Made by a program: the position numbers and the translations under genes. From an uncultured bacterium (GTDB lineage: Bacteria; Oederibacteriota; JAAXVQ01; JAUVAV01), in the NCBI GenBank assembly GCA_963710755.1, contig CAVQBK010000001.1:192001-256000 (forward strand): 64,000 bases of DNA. The letters run 5' to 3'. The notes beneath the pieces are model-generated. The model was not told the origin of the DNA. It saw only the letters and a program-made list of their open reading frames with translations, and did no database searches. Each line of letters begins with the position of its first letter. Within the stretch, counting starts at the first letter, position 1. Positions 39,857 to 49,344 of the stretch are shown here, piece after piece.

Positions 39857-41692
39857 TTGGGTAGTCAAAAACTGAAAACCGGCATTTTGGGATTGGATAA
39901 AATTCTGTTTGGCGGGGTGTTGGAAAACGAGAGCATTCTGATTGAAGGCCTGCCCGGCACAGGCAAGACTACTTTGGGCTTTCATTTTATTTTGCAGGGG
40001 ATTAGTGAGGGGCAAGCCGGACTAATCGTTACTTTTGAAGAATTTCCGGCGCAATATTATCGCGATGCCCTTCAGTTTGGCTGGGACTTGAAACAGCTGG
40101 AAAAGGATCAAAAATTAAAAATCATTATGACCTCGCCCAAAGTCCTGAGTCAGGAACTGGAAAAGCCGGGGGGGATGGTTGAACAAACCATCCGCGAACT
40201 GGATGCCAAACGGGTATTGATCGATTCGATTAATTTCTTGGCACAACATAAAATAGAGAATATGCACCGTCGCGAACAGATCAATCGATTTATCAACGGC
40301 TTCAAACGCCAATCCATCACCACTTTCCTGATCAAGGATATCGAGGATGAAGACCTGGCCCATTGGGGCATGTATTCAGTAGATTGCTATATAAGGTTGA
40401 GCTTTGAGTTGGTACGAGATTACCAACGTCGCCGATTGATAGAGGTTTTTAAGGCTCGAGGGCAGAAACACCTCCATGGACAGCACCCCTTCGAAATTAC
40501 GGAAGAGGGGATTGAAGTGTATCCAACCAGCCTGCCCTCCCTGCCGGGGGCAACGGCCGCTGAAACGGCAGCCACCTTTGAACGTGTCTCCACTGGTATT
40601 GACGGGCTGGATGAGATGCTGGGAGGCGGGTACTACCGGGGCCAACCGGCGATGATCGCCGGCACTTCGGGCACTGGTAAAACCGTGCTGGCCCTGCAGT
40701 TTATCGAAGCAGGGTTGAAAGCCGGGGAAATCTGTCTCTACCTTTCACTGGAAGAGTTGGACCGGACTTTGTTACGTCATGCCCATTCCCTGGGGATGGC
40801 CTTTGAACCCTATCTTGAAAAAGAGCAATTAACGGTGGTCAATATCCCTACAGCCGGCCTAAGTGAAGGCGAATTTCTCCATCTCATTCATAAACATTTG
40901 GAAGAGATCAGGCCAAAACGAGTGGTGATCGACCCCATTACTTTCTTAAATAACATCGCTTTATCCAAGGAAACCATCCATCTTACATTTCAGTCCATGA
41001 TGCGTCTTTTTCGCGACCTTCATGTAACCTTATTGTGCACCTCCGAAATATCAGAAGTCGTCGGTGATTTTAAATTAAGCGATCACAATCTTTCCTATAT
41101 GGTGGATACAGTAATTTTGGTGCGCATGGCCGAAATCGAAGGCTCTATCCGCAAAGCCCTGATGATCATCAAGCAGCGCGGATCAAGCCACGACCGCAAC
41201 CTGCGGGAACTGTTGATCGGAACCCATGGTGTTTCTATTGGCGATCCTTTCCACAGCCATGAAGGCATTTTGGCCGGCATGACGCGCCGTCGTTCCGGGG
41301 CGGACCCTTATCAACTTCTGGTCGTGGATGATGATCAGCAGATGTTGGAACTTATCAAGGCCACCTTCCGCGATGAACCTTATACCCTGGTCACCTGCGG
41401 TGACGGGGAGAGTGCCCTGAAATTGACCATGACCGAAGGCCCGGACCTGATTCTGCTTGATCTCATGTTGCCCAAACTTAATGGCTTTGAAGTCTGTCAA
41501 AAACTTAAACAAGATCCGGCCACCGCCAATATACCCATCATCATGCTATCCGCCAAAGGCGAGACGGAATCTAAAGTACACGGTCTTAAGATCGGCGCTG
41601 ACGATTACCTAACCAAACCCTTCTCACCCCAGGAATTAGTGGCCCGGGTAAAAATGATTTTACGGCGGGTCTATAGCAAGAGGCTGCATTAA
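39857..41692 (+). CDS. Double-domain KaiC-like ATPase fused to a C-terminal response-regulator receiver domain
   Basis: Two RecA-type domains (GLPGTGKT/FEE/IDSI/KARG and GTSGTGKT/LEE/IDPI/KQRG); REC domain VVDDD, LLDLMLP, LSAK, TKPF. TTG 39857 after GAGGTG preferred to 39842. Confidence 0.9.
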   Translation: MGSQKLKTGILGLDKILFGGVLENESILIEGLPGTGKTTLGFHFILQGISEGQAGLIVTFEEFPAQYYRDALQFGWDLKQLEKDQKLKIIMTSPKVLSQELEKPGGMVEQTIRELDAKRVLIDSINFLAQHKIENMHRREQINRFINGFKRQSITTFLIKDIEDEDLAHWGMYSVDCYIRLSFELVRDYQRRRLIEVFKARGQKHLHGQHPFEITEEGIEVYPTSLPSLPGATAAETAATFERVSTGIDGLDEMLGGGYYRGQPAMIAGTSGTGKTVLALQFIEAGLKAGEICLYLSLEELDRTLLRHAHSLGMAFEPYLEKEQLTVVNIPTAGLSEGEFLHLIHKHLEEIRPKRVVIDPITFLNNIALSKETIHLTFQSMMRLFRDLHVTLLCTSEISEVVGDFKLSDHNLSYMVDTVILVRMAEIEGSIRKALMIIKQRGSSHDRNLRELLIGTHGVSIGDPFHSHEGILAGMTRRRSGADPYQLLVVDDDQQMLELIKATFRDEPYTLVTCGDGESALKLTMTEGPDLILLDLMLPKLNGFEVCQKLKQDPATANIPIIMLSAKGETESKVHGLKIGADDYLTKPFSPQELVARVKMILRRVYSKRLH

Positions 41693-43773
41693 TGTGCCGG
41701 GTTCGCCTACTTCTGCTCTTCATTATATTCGGGTTAATCCCTTGGAATGCCGTCAGCCGGGCCACCCCTTCTCCTCAACATAATCTTGAACGCCTGACCG
41801 TAGCCGGACCGGTTGATCAACCGCCCTATGCCTTTATGAGCCCCAATGGTGTATACACGGGCTTCTCGGTAGACATGCTGCGCGAATTGGGCGAGTCTAT
41901 GCATGTGAACCATGTGCTTTTCTATCCCGGCAGCTTGGACCAATCGCTGCAAGCCTTGGAAAATAAAGAAGTAGAAGCTGTCCATTTCGCGCCTTACTCC
42001 ACCGCGTTGGCCAGAAAATATTATTTCGCCGCCTTTTATTTTGAAAGCACCAATGTGGTTTTTGCCACCCATGACCGCTACGACATCATGGACCTGACTG
42101 ACCTAAAGGGTAAGAAAATCGCGGTTATTCAAAACGACCCTGTATTCGATAAGCTACAACGCTCCGGGGAATATCTCATCATGCCGGTAGCTACCCCCGG
42201 GGATGGTTTTGCCATGGTCATCAGCAACAAGGTGGATGCTTATGTAGGGGAGCGGCTAAGCGGCCTCTATTACTTGGGCAAGGCTAATCTGCATCAACAA
42301 TTCAAAATACTGGACCGTGAAGTTTCCCGCATACGGTATGGTGTGTTGATCAATAAAAACCGTGAGGATTTGAAAGCTTTCTTTGATCAGGCCTTTACGG
42401 TCATGGAAAAAAACGGACGCCGGCAACGTGTGTTAAAACGGTGGTTTGGGGAAGGGGTGAGCGCCCAACGGCTTTACAGCCGGCCCATTATCCGTTGGGT
42501 CATGATTTTTATCGGCGCAGCCCTGATGGTATCGGTTATCGTATTGGGATGGAACTTGTTACTGCAACGGGAGCTGGAATTAAAAGCCATTGCCATGGAA
42601 AAAGTCCATCTGGATAGAAAAATTGCCGAGGAAAAAATACGTTTTGAAGCTATTGTTCAATCCATGACCGAAGGTCTGATGCTCGTGGATCCGCATGGAT
42701 TGGTGGCCTATGTTAATGGCCCGGGTCCTCATTATTTTGGACGCCGCATGGAGGATTTGCTCAACCAGCCGCTTGCCTTGTTGTATGATTTTTTATTGAG
42801 CAAGGTACGTCATGACACGGCTCTGAAAAAACAATTCCAGCAAGCGGAAAAGCACCCCACCAAACCTCTGGTCATTGAATATACCATTACCCAAAGCAAA
42901 CGTATGGATATTCGAATGAAGTATTTTCCCGTGCGCGACCGCAAAGGTCATTTTTCCGGGCGGGGTATTCTGATTGAGGATGTTACCCACGAACGGGAAT
43001 TGGACCGTTTGAAGTCAGAATTTGTTTCCATCGCCAGCCATGAACTGCGCACCCCTATGACCAGCATCTTGGGATTTTCGGAGATTATGCTGACCAAACA
43101 ACTGCCGGCTGATTTGGTGCACCGATACACTTCACAAATTCATTCTGAAGCAGAACGGTTGACTAGAATTTTAAACGATATGCTGGATCTAAGTTATCTT
43201 GAAAGCGGAGAGAGCGGTCTGGAAAAAACGCCGGCAAATATTGTTGACTTGGCCAAAGAAGTTATAGAAAATTTTAAGGCGCAACTCAAAAACCGCCGCG
43301 AAATAATTATGGAAACCGGTTCCGAAGATATTGTTATCAGCATTGACAAGGATAAGATGACCCAGGTCCTATGGAACTTGCTTTCCAATGCCGACAAATA
43401 TTCGCCGGCCGGCAAGCAGGTGCATATCGTCCTCGGTTCCAGTAAAGGTACGCCGGTTTTTGAAAATGGCCCGGACGAGCCTACGGTCGTAAATCAGGAT
43501 GGGGTGCTTATCCAGATTACGGATTATGGTCAGGGCATTCCTAAAGACCAGCTCTCCATGATTTTCATCCCCTTTTACCGGGTGGAAACTGCGGTACATA
43601 CCATTCGTGGTACCGGTCTGGGATTGGCCATAGTAAAAAGAATTGTGGAAGCCCACGGCGGTAAGGTCTGGGCAGATAGTATTCTCGGCCAGCAAACCAC
43701 ATTCACCATGTTTTTCCCAATGGTGAAAAACGAACAGTCTAAAGGCGGCGACCGTGAAGAAAATAATTGTTGA
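41692..43773 (+). CDS. Sensor histidine kinase: periplasmic family-3 solute-binding domain, TM, PAS, HisKA, HATPase
   Basis: PPYAF..G.YTGFSVD, DLKGKKIAV, KRWFG; ASHELRTPMT H-box; NLLSNADKYS, DYGQGI, GTGLGLAIVK. Confidence 0.93.
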   Translation: MCRVRLLLLFIIFGLIPWNAVSRATPSPQHNLERLTVAGPVDQPPYAFMSPNGVYTGFSVDMLRELGESMHVNHVLFYPGSLDQSLQALENKEVEAVHFAPYSTALARKYYFAAFYFESTNVVFATHDRYDIMDLTDLKGKKIAVIQNDPVFDKLQRSGEYLIMPVATPGDGFAMVISNKVDAYVGERLSGLYYLGKANLHQQFKILDREVSRIRYGVLINKNREDLKAFFDQAFTVMEKNGRRQRVLKRWFGEGVSAQRLYSRPIIRWVMIFIGAALMVSVIVLGWNLLLQRELELKAIAMEKVHLDRKIAEEKIRFEAIVQSMTEGLMLVDPHGLVAYVNGPGPHYFGRRMEDLLNQPLALLYDFLLSKVRHDTALKKQFQQAEKHPTKPLVIEYTITQSKRMDIRMKYFPVRDRKGHFSGRGILIEDVTHERELDRLKSEFVSIASHELRTPMTSILGFSEIMLTKQLPADLVHRYTSQIHSEAERLTRILNDMLDLSYLESGESGLEKTPANIVDLAKEVIENFKAQLKNRREIIMETGSEDIVISIDKDKMTQVLWNLLSNADKYSPAGKQVHIVLGSSKGTPVFENGPDEPTVVNQDGVLIQITDYGQGIPKDQLSMIFIPFYRVETAVHTIRGTGLGLAIVKRIVEAHGGKVWADSILGQQTTFTMFFPMVKNEQSKGGDREENNC

Positions 43774-45901
43774 CCACTTAAAAAAACAGGAAAAGAAAAT
43801 CTACAACCAAGTCCTGGATCAGGCCCGGCTCACCATAAAGAGTTACCAAATGGCGACCTTGTACGATCGCGCCAACATGGACAATACCATTTCGGCTACG
43901 TTACAGGTCATATTTCAGCTGGTTGCCCGGGAAGAACTCAATAACCAGGAATTCGACAATATGCTCAGTGATCTTGGTGAGCGCCGGGCCCGCCAGGGTG
44001 TGCCTTTGGCGGATGTGGTGGGATTGTTTAAAATTCTGAGAGAGATCCTACTTAAATCCATCAAGCAGGTCATCCATCAGAATCCCCAATTGGAGGTGAA
44101 AGCGCTTTTAACCTTCGCCTCCATCTTAAACGATATTTTTGACCGCATCGATATGCGCATCGTGAAACAATACATCGAAATCAAGGACAATATCATTCAG
44201 GCCCAAGAATCCTTTTTGAACCATAAATTCAGCAGCTTGTTTCAACTGGTGGAATCCATTTCCAATAATTTAAATATCGATGAGTTCTGCGGGCATCTAT
44301 TGGACTATCTTAATCAATTTTACGATGTGAAATTATCCGCGCTTTTCCTATTGGATGACAAAGAGCAAGACCTATACCCACAAATGGTTCGGGGATTGAG
44401 CAGGCGCTATCAACATGAACAACGGCTGCCGGTTAAAAACAGCCTGATAAAAAAAATCGTGGTCGACGGCAAGGTCATTACGACTAGGGACCGTCCTTAT
44501 AATTGGAGCGATATTACCGCCAGTACGGGGGCGCGGGAAACCGCGGGAGAAGAAACTGGGGTTCAAAAAAACGCCCCGGAATGCAGCTCTTTATATGCTC
44601 CTCTGATCGGGCGGCAACGGATTTACGGCATGGTTTCTCTCCACAGTCTGGTTGCCAAAGAATACAGCCAAACCGAAATCCAACAATTTGAAACCTTGGC
44701 TCGCATTGTGACCGTGGCCATTGAAAATGCCCGTTTTTATCAACATTTGATCGAGGAAAAAGGGAAACTGGATGCCATTGTCAATTCCGTGACAGACGGC
44801 TTTATTCTGATTGATTTTCACGAGGAAATCGTTTTTATCAACGAAAAGGCGGCTGGCTATTTCCAACTGTCTGCTTATAAACTCCTGGGACTTTCAGCCA
44901 GTATCATTTCCGAGCGCCTGTTACAGCAGGCCAAAGACCCTTATACTGTACAGTCTGTTTATTTGCGGGCCTTGGCCAATATTTCCGATCATCCGGTGAT
45001 TAATTTTACTCTTTATAAGCCTGATTTGATCGATGTGCGCTTCACTATGTTCCCTGTCAAGGACCGGGAACACCATCTTATCGGCCGCGGCATTTTAATC
45101 GAGAATATCAGCCATGAAAACGAGATCAATCGCATGAAGTCCGAATTCGTGGCCCTCGCCAGTCATACCATGCGCACCCCTATGACCAGTATCCTGGGCT
45201 TTGCCAGTTTGCTCATGGAAGAACGGCTCAGTGAAAACACCCAAAAAAAATATGTCACCAATATTCACAAGGAAGCCCAACGTCTTACATCTGTACTCAA
45301 TGATATGCTGGAAATGGCCAATATCGAAGCTGGCAAAATCGCCCTGAAACTTAATCCCGTAAATCTTCAAACGGTGGTGGAACGAGCTGTGGCCGTACGT
45401 CAAAAAGAGACTGCTGATGAAATCATGCTCAAGAATCAGGTTAAGAAAATGCCGGTTATTTTGGCGGATGAGGAAAAAATAGAACAAGCCCTTAACAACT
45501 TAATTGCCAATGCCGTCAAGTACGCCAATCACAGTATTGTGGTGACAGTAAAAAAAACCAAGGCTATTGTTTTTAAAAAAGGATGGGTACATTCGCATCT
45601 GGATGATCGTTATATGAGTTCTCTGTTTCCAGCCATTCAAATCAGTGTGGAAGATAATGGGGCGGGCATTCCCTTGGATCAATTGGATGCTATCTTTGAA
45701 CCTTTTTACAGATTGCCGGTAGAAAAACAGTTCGTACAGGAAGGTTCCGGTCTGGGCCTGACGATTGCCAAGTATAGCATCGAAGCTCATGGCGGCAGGA
45801 TTTTTGCGGAAACCAAGGAAGGGAAAGGCAGCTTATTTACTATGATTTTGCCCATTGAATTGGCCAGCCCTAATAAAACCATTGCCGGCTATGATCGCTA
45901 G
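43754..45901 (+). CDS. Cytoplasmic histidine kinase-like protein: RsbRD_N-like, GAF, PAS, HisKA, HATPase
   Basis: LGERRARQGVPLADVV (RsbRD_N-like); ASHTMRTPMT H-box; NLIANAVKY, DNGAGI, GSGLGL. Confidence 0.9.
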   Translation: MKKIIVDHLKKQEKKIYNQVLDQARLTIKSYQMATLYDRANMDNTISATLQVIFQLVAREELNNQEFDNMLSDLGERRARQGVPLADVVGLFKILREILLKSIKQVIHQNPQLEVKALLTFASILNDIFDRIDMRIVKQYIEIKDNIIQAQESFLNHKFSSLFQLVESISNNLNIDEFCGHLLDYLNQFYDVKLSALFLLDDKEQDLYPQMVRGLSRRYQHEQRLPVKNSLIKKIVVDGKVITTRDRPYNWSDITASTGARETAGEETGVQKNAPECSSLYAPLIGRQRIYGMVSLHSLVAKEYSQTEIQQFETLARIVTVAIENARFYQHLIEEKGKLDAIVNSVTDGFILIDFHEEIVFINEKAAGYFQLSAYKLLGLSASIISERLLQQAKDPYTVQSVYLRALANISDHPVINFTLYKPDLIDVRFTMFPVKDREHHLIGRGILIENISHENEINRMKSEFVALASHTMRTPMTSILGFASLLMEERLSENTQKKYVTNIHKEAQRLTSVLNDMLEMANIEAGKIALKLNPVNLQTVVERAVAVRQKETADEIMLKNQVKKMPVILADEEKIEQALNNLIANAVKYANHSIVVTVKKTKAIVFKKGWVHSHLDDRYMSSLFPAIQISVEDNGAGIPLDQLDAIFEPFYRLPVEKQFVQEGSGLGLTIAKYSIEAHGGRIFAETKEGKGSLFTMILPIELASPNKTIAGYDR

Positions 45902-45951
45902 GACAGCGTGATCCGGTTTTTGACAGGGGAGCAGGAGCAGCAAGAGTTGTC

Positions 45952-47235
45952 TTAGGTCTCCATGTATTTGATTGCTTCTTCAATGGTGGACGCAGCATTG
46001 GCAATCTCTTGAATGTTTTGGGTAATATCGGACATGGAATTATTAAGTTCTTCCATACTGGCTGCCACTTCTTCCAAACCGGAGGCATTGTCTTCGGCAA
46101 AAGCAATGACTTCCTTCATGTTTTTCCTGATCATATCCGTGCGGGAAATTTGATTTTTAGATTCCGAAGACATGTTCGATACTTTTTGTTCAATATTATT
46201 GACCGCATCCAGGAGCAGTTTAAGGGAGTTATCCGATTCGCGCATAGCCTTGCGTCCGCTGTCCACTTCCTGCGACCCTTCCGACATAGACGTGACCGCC
46301 ATTTTGTTCTGCGACTGAATACGTTGCACCAGGGTGGCAATCTGTTTGGTGGCGCTGCCAGATTCTTCGGCCAGTTTTCGGATTTCATCGGCTACCACGG
46401 CAAAGCCACGACCGGCATCACCGGCCCTGGCCGCTTCAATAGCCGCATTGAGGGCCAAAAGGTTGGTCTGATCGGCGATATTATTGATGACTTCCAGAAC
46501 TTGGTCGATTTCCTCGATGGTACCGCTAAGTTCCTGGACTTGTTTCACATTCTCCTCAAAAATGGCAAAAAGGATATTCATCTTTTCAATGGCCTCACTG
46601 ATGATAGCTTTACTGCCATCCGACGTTTGCCGGCTCATACGGGATACATCCACAGCACTGTCCAATTCACGCATAAAGGATTTAAGCGAATTGGCTTGTT
46701 CCTCAATGGTTTCTGCAGAATTGACGGTATGTTCTTTTTGCTGTTCCGCATTGGAGGCAATAGTGGAAATATTGGAGGTCACTTCAATGGTAGCTGCACT
46801 GATCTCCTGGGAGAGAGAAGAGAGATGTTCCGAGGAAACATGCAGAGTCTTGGTAAGCAAACGGGTTTCACTGATGATTTTATGGACATTGTCCATAAAA
46901 CTGTTGAAACTCTCGCTGATTCTGCCCAATTCACCGGAACCACCTTTGGACAAGCGGTTTTTCAAATTGACCTGGCCCTTGGAAAATCCTTCCATGTATT
47001 GGATAAGAAAATTGTTGATTTCATCAATGCTCTGAAACATAGTTCGCGATTGCCAGAATAAAAAAGCCACTCCAGCCAATGAAAAAATAATGGCCAGCAG
47101 GACAAAAAGCAAGGGTAATTTAAAAATCTTGGTACAAATCAGAATAAACAGCGTAAACAATCCCGCCACCAGGATACTTGAAATCAATACCCTCTGGCTG
47201 GAGCCTTTACTCGAGATGGTGTCGGTGATGTTCAA
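45952..47235 (-). CDS. Methyl-accepting chemotaxis protein (2 TM, HAMP, MA) lacking a periplasmic domain
   Basis: [38 protein letters not shown]; TTG 47235 after GGAGG preferred to 47274. Confidence 0.93.
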   Translation of the reverse strand: MNITDTISSKGSSQRVLISSILVAGLFTLFILICTKIFKLPLLFVLLAIIFSLAGVAFLFWQSRTMFQSIDEINNFLIQYMEGFSKGQVNLKNRLSKGGSGELGRISESFNSFMDNVHKIISETRLLTKTLHVSSEHLSSLSQEISAATIEVTSNISTIASNAEQQKEHTVNSAETIEEQANSLKSFMRELDSAVDVSRMSRQTSDGSKAIISEAIEKMNILFAIFEENVKQVQELSGTIEEIDQVLEVINNIADQTNLLALNAAIEAARAGDAGRGFAVVADEIRKLAEESGSATKQIATLVQRIQSQNKMAVTSMSEGSQEVDSGRKAMRESDNSLKLLLDAVNNIEQKVSNMSSESKNQISRTDMIRKNMKEVIAFAEDNASGLEEVAASMEELNNSMSDITQNIQEIANAASTIEEAIKYMET

Positions 47236-47447
47236 CGTATCCCCCTCCATTAATGGATAGACTGCAGATGCCATGCCGTTGATTATGGCTGCATGTTTGG
47301 CAGCACTGGATCAGCCCTCTAGTCGAACGGTACTACCGATGTTATGCCATGCCTTATAAATTCTTGGAAATTAAAGTTAATTCATATATAATTGCTGATT
47401 CTTAAATAAGCCTATTTTTGCTGCTATTTTAATTGTCTGGAGCTTCC

Positions 47448-48584
47448 ATGTCAATCTTATTTGAAATCCAACGTCAAGATCATCAGGCGCGTGCCGGCCT
47501 ATTGCAGTTACCAGGCCGCAATCCCATGGAAACGCCCCTTTTCATGCCTGTCGGTACCCAGGGTACTGTCAAAACCTTGGACAGCATGGACCTTAAAAAT
47601 CTGGGTGTGGCCATGATGCTGGCCAATGCTTATCATCTATATTTACGGCCGAGTGGGCCACTTCTTGAGGCTTCCGGTGGACTTCATGGCTTTATGAATT
47701 GGGACGGCGGTATTATTACCGACTCCGGTGGGTTTCAGGTTTTTTCTCTGTCCGACTTCAGAAAACTTTCCGAGGACGGGGTGGAGTTCGTTTCTCATTT
47801 GGATGGGTCGCGGCATTTTTTCACCCCCCAATCCAATATGGATCTGCAGCACCAATTAGGGGCTGATATCATGATGGCTCTTGATGTTTGCGTGGCTTAT
47901 CCATCGCCAAAGGAAGAAGTGTTAAGGGCCGTAGAATTGACCACCCGGTGGGCGAGACTATGCAAGGAAGCCCATGAAAAAAGCTTGTCCCATCAGTCGC
48001 TTTTCGGCATCATCCAAGGCGGTATCTTCAAAGATTGTAGGGAAAAATCAGCGAAGGAATTAATGGACATGGATTTTCCCGGTTATGCCATTGGCGGCTT
48101 GTCAGTAGGTGAAGGTCCTCAATTGATGAATGAAGTGCTTGATTTTTTGGACCCTTTAATGCCCGCGACCAAGCCTCGGTATCTAATGGGCGTTGGTACT
48201 CCCGAAGATTTATGGTCAGGCATTGAGCGCGGTGTGGATATGTTTGACTGCGCCATGCCCACCCGCATAGCCCGCAACGGCACTCTTTATACCTCCCAGG
48301 GTAGACTGGTGGTTAAAAACGCACGTTACAGCCGGGATTTTTCTCCACCTGACCCCAATTGCAACTGTCATTGCTGCCGACATTATTCTCGTGCTTATTT
48401 AAGACATTTGTTCAATACCAAGGAGATCATTGCTCTGCGACTTTCCACTTTACACAACCTTACGTTCATGCTAAATTTGACTCGTTTTATTCGTCAATCA
48501 ATCCTGGAAGGCCGTTTTCAACAAGCTAAATCCCAATTTTTTAATCAATATCGATCCGGAGATAGTGACCAGAAACCGGCGTGA
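47448..48584 (+). CDS. tgt: Queuine tRNA-ribosyltransferase
   Basis: TPLFMPVGT, TDSGGFQVFSL, KPRYLMGVG, GVDMFDC, C.C..C and HN zinc site; ATG 47448 after GGAG. Confidence 0.97.
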   Translation: MSILFEIQRQDHQARAGLLQLPGRNPMETPLFMPVGTQGTVKTLDSMDLKNLGVAMMLANAYHLYLRPSGPLLEASGGLHGFMNWDGGIITDSGGFQVFSLSDFRKLSEDGVEFVSHLDGSRHFFTPQSNMDLQHQLGADIMMALDVCVAYPSPKEEVLRAVELTTRWARLCKEAHEKSLSHQSLFGIIQGGIFKDCREKSAKELMDMDFPGYAIGGLSVGEGPQLMNEVLDFLDPLMPATKPRYLMGVGTPEDLWSGIERGVDMFDCAMPTRIARNGTLYTSQGRLVVKNARYSRDFSPPDPNCNCHCCRHYSRAYLRHLFNTKEIIALRLSTLHNLTFMLNLTRFIRQSILEGRFQQAKSQFFNQYRSGDSDQKPA

Positions 48585-48637
48585 AGCTAGAAGTATGAGC
48601 CCTTAATAGCTCATACTCCAGAGCATTTAAGAGTAGA

Positions 48638-48813
48638 AGTTCTTGTTACGGAAAGACCTTTTTTTGAAAATGATATCTGACCATAGTTGTCATTCCGGCA
48701 GGCTCTTAGCTGGAATCCAGCGATTTGTAAAAGTTAATTCCGGACCCCGGCTAAAACCATGCCGGGGTGATGGAAGTTTGAAATGGTAATTATTGCTTTC
48801 TGCAACAAGAATT
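48638..48813. mobile_element. MITE-like element (copy 2) with related termini and an internal GTCATTCC-type double hairpin
   Basis: Left AGTTCTTGTTACGGAAAG; right CTTTCTGCAACAAGAATT; internal GTCATTCCGGC..GCTGGAATCCAG...GGACCCCGGC..GCCGGGGTGA at 48689-48771. Confidence 0.6.
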
Positions 48814-48916
48814 AGCTAGTAGGAAATAGACAAAATAGATTAAATGTGTCTGTTTTCAATAATTTACTCTCAAGAAATGACTAATATTTTCAAAAAAAGC
48901 CTGAGGAGGCAAGACC

Positions 48917-49279
48917 ATGATGAATTTAATGTTAATGGCCGCAGCGGCACCAGCCGCACCGGCAAGTGCAGGTAATGCAGCTGCCAGCCCTTTAATGGGG
49001 CTGGGCGGTTTTTTACCGATTATTTTAATTTTTGTACTTTTCTATGTGCTGTTTATTTTGCCACAGCGTAAACAACAAAAGCAGCATGAAGCTTTGCTAA
49101 AGTCATTAAAAAAAGGGGATAAAGTTATCACCTCCGGCGGCATGTTCGGTGTGATTTCCGATTTGAATGAAGCTGATCATACGGTGTTTGTTAAATTTGC
49201 CGATAATGTCAAAATTGAAATCCAGCGCTCATCTATTGCCGGTTTAAGAAACACGCCCAAACTGGAAGAAAAGAAATAA
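48917..49279 (+). CDS. yajC: Preprotein translocase subunit YajC
   Basis: FYVLFILPQRKQQKQH, LKKGDKVITSGGMFG; follows tgt. Confidence 0.95.
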   Translation: MMNLMLMAAAAPAAPASAGNAAASPLMGLGGFLPIILIFVLFYVLFILPQRKQQKQHEALLKSLKKGDKVITSGGMFGVISDLNEADHTVFVKFADNVKIEIQRSSIAGLRNTPKLEEKK

Positions 49280-49291
49280 TTTGCCTCCCTC

Positions 49292-49336
49292 AAAGCACAC
49301 AAGGCCGGAAACGAGCCTTGTGTGCTTTAGTTTATT
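49292..49336 (+). terminator. Rho-independent terminator after yajC
   Basis: 14-bp stem AAAGCACACAAGGC/GCCTTGTGTGCTTT followed by AGTTTATT. Confidence 0.75.
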
Positions 49337-49344
49337 GATCTGGA

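Noticed and set aside
39857-41692. Bona fide circadian clock
   Set aside because: No kaiA or kaiB nearby, the ST site is SY, and the KaiA-binding tail is replaced by REC; nothing supports oscillation.
46009-47061. 350-aa and 183-aa plus-strand ORFs
   Set aside because: Antisense shadows of the chemoreceptor gene.
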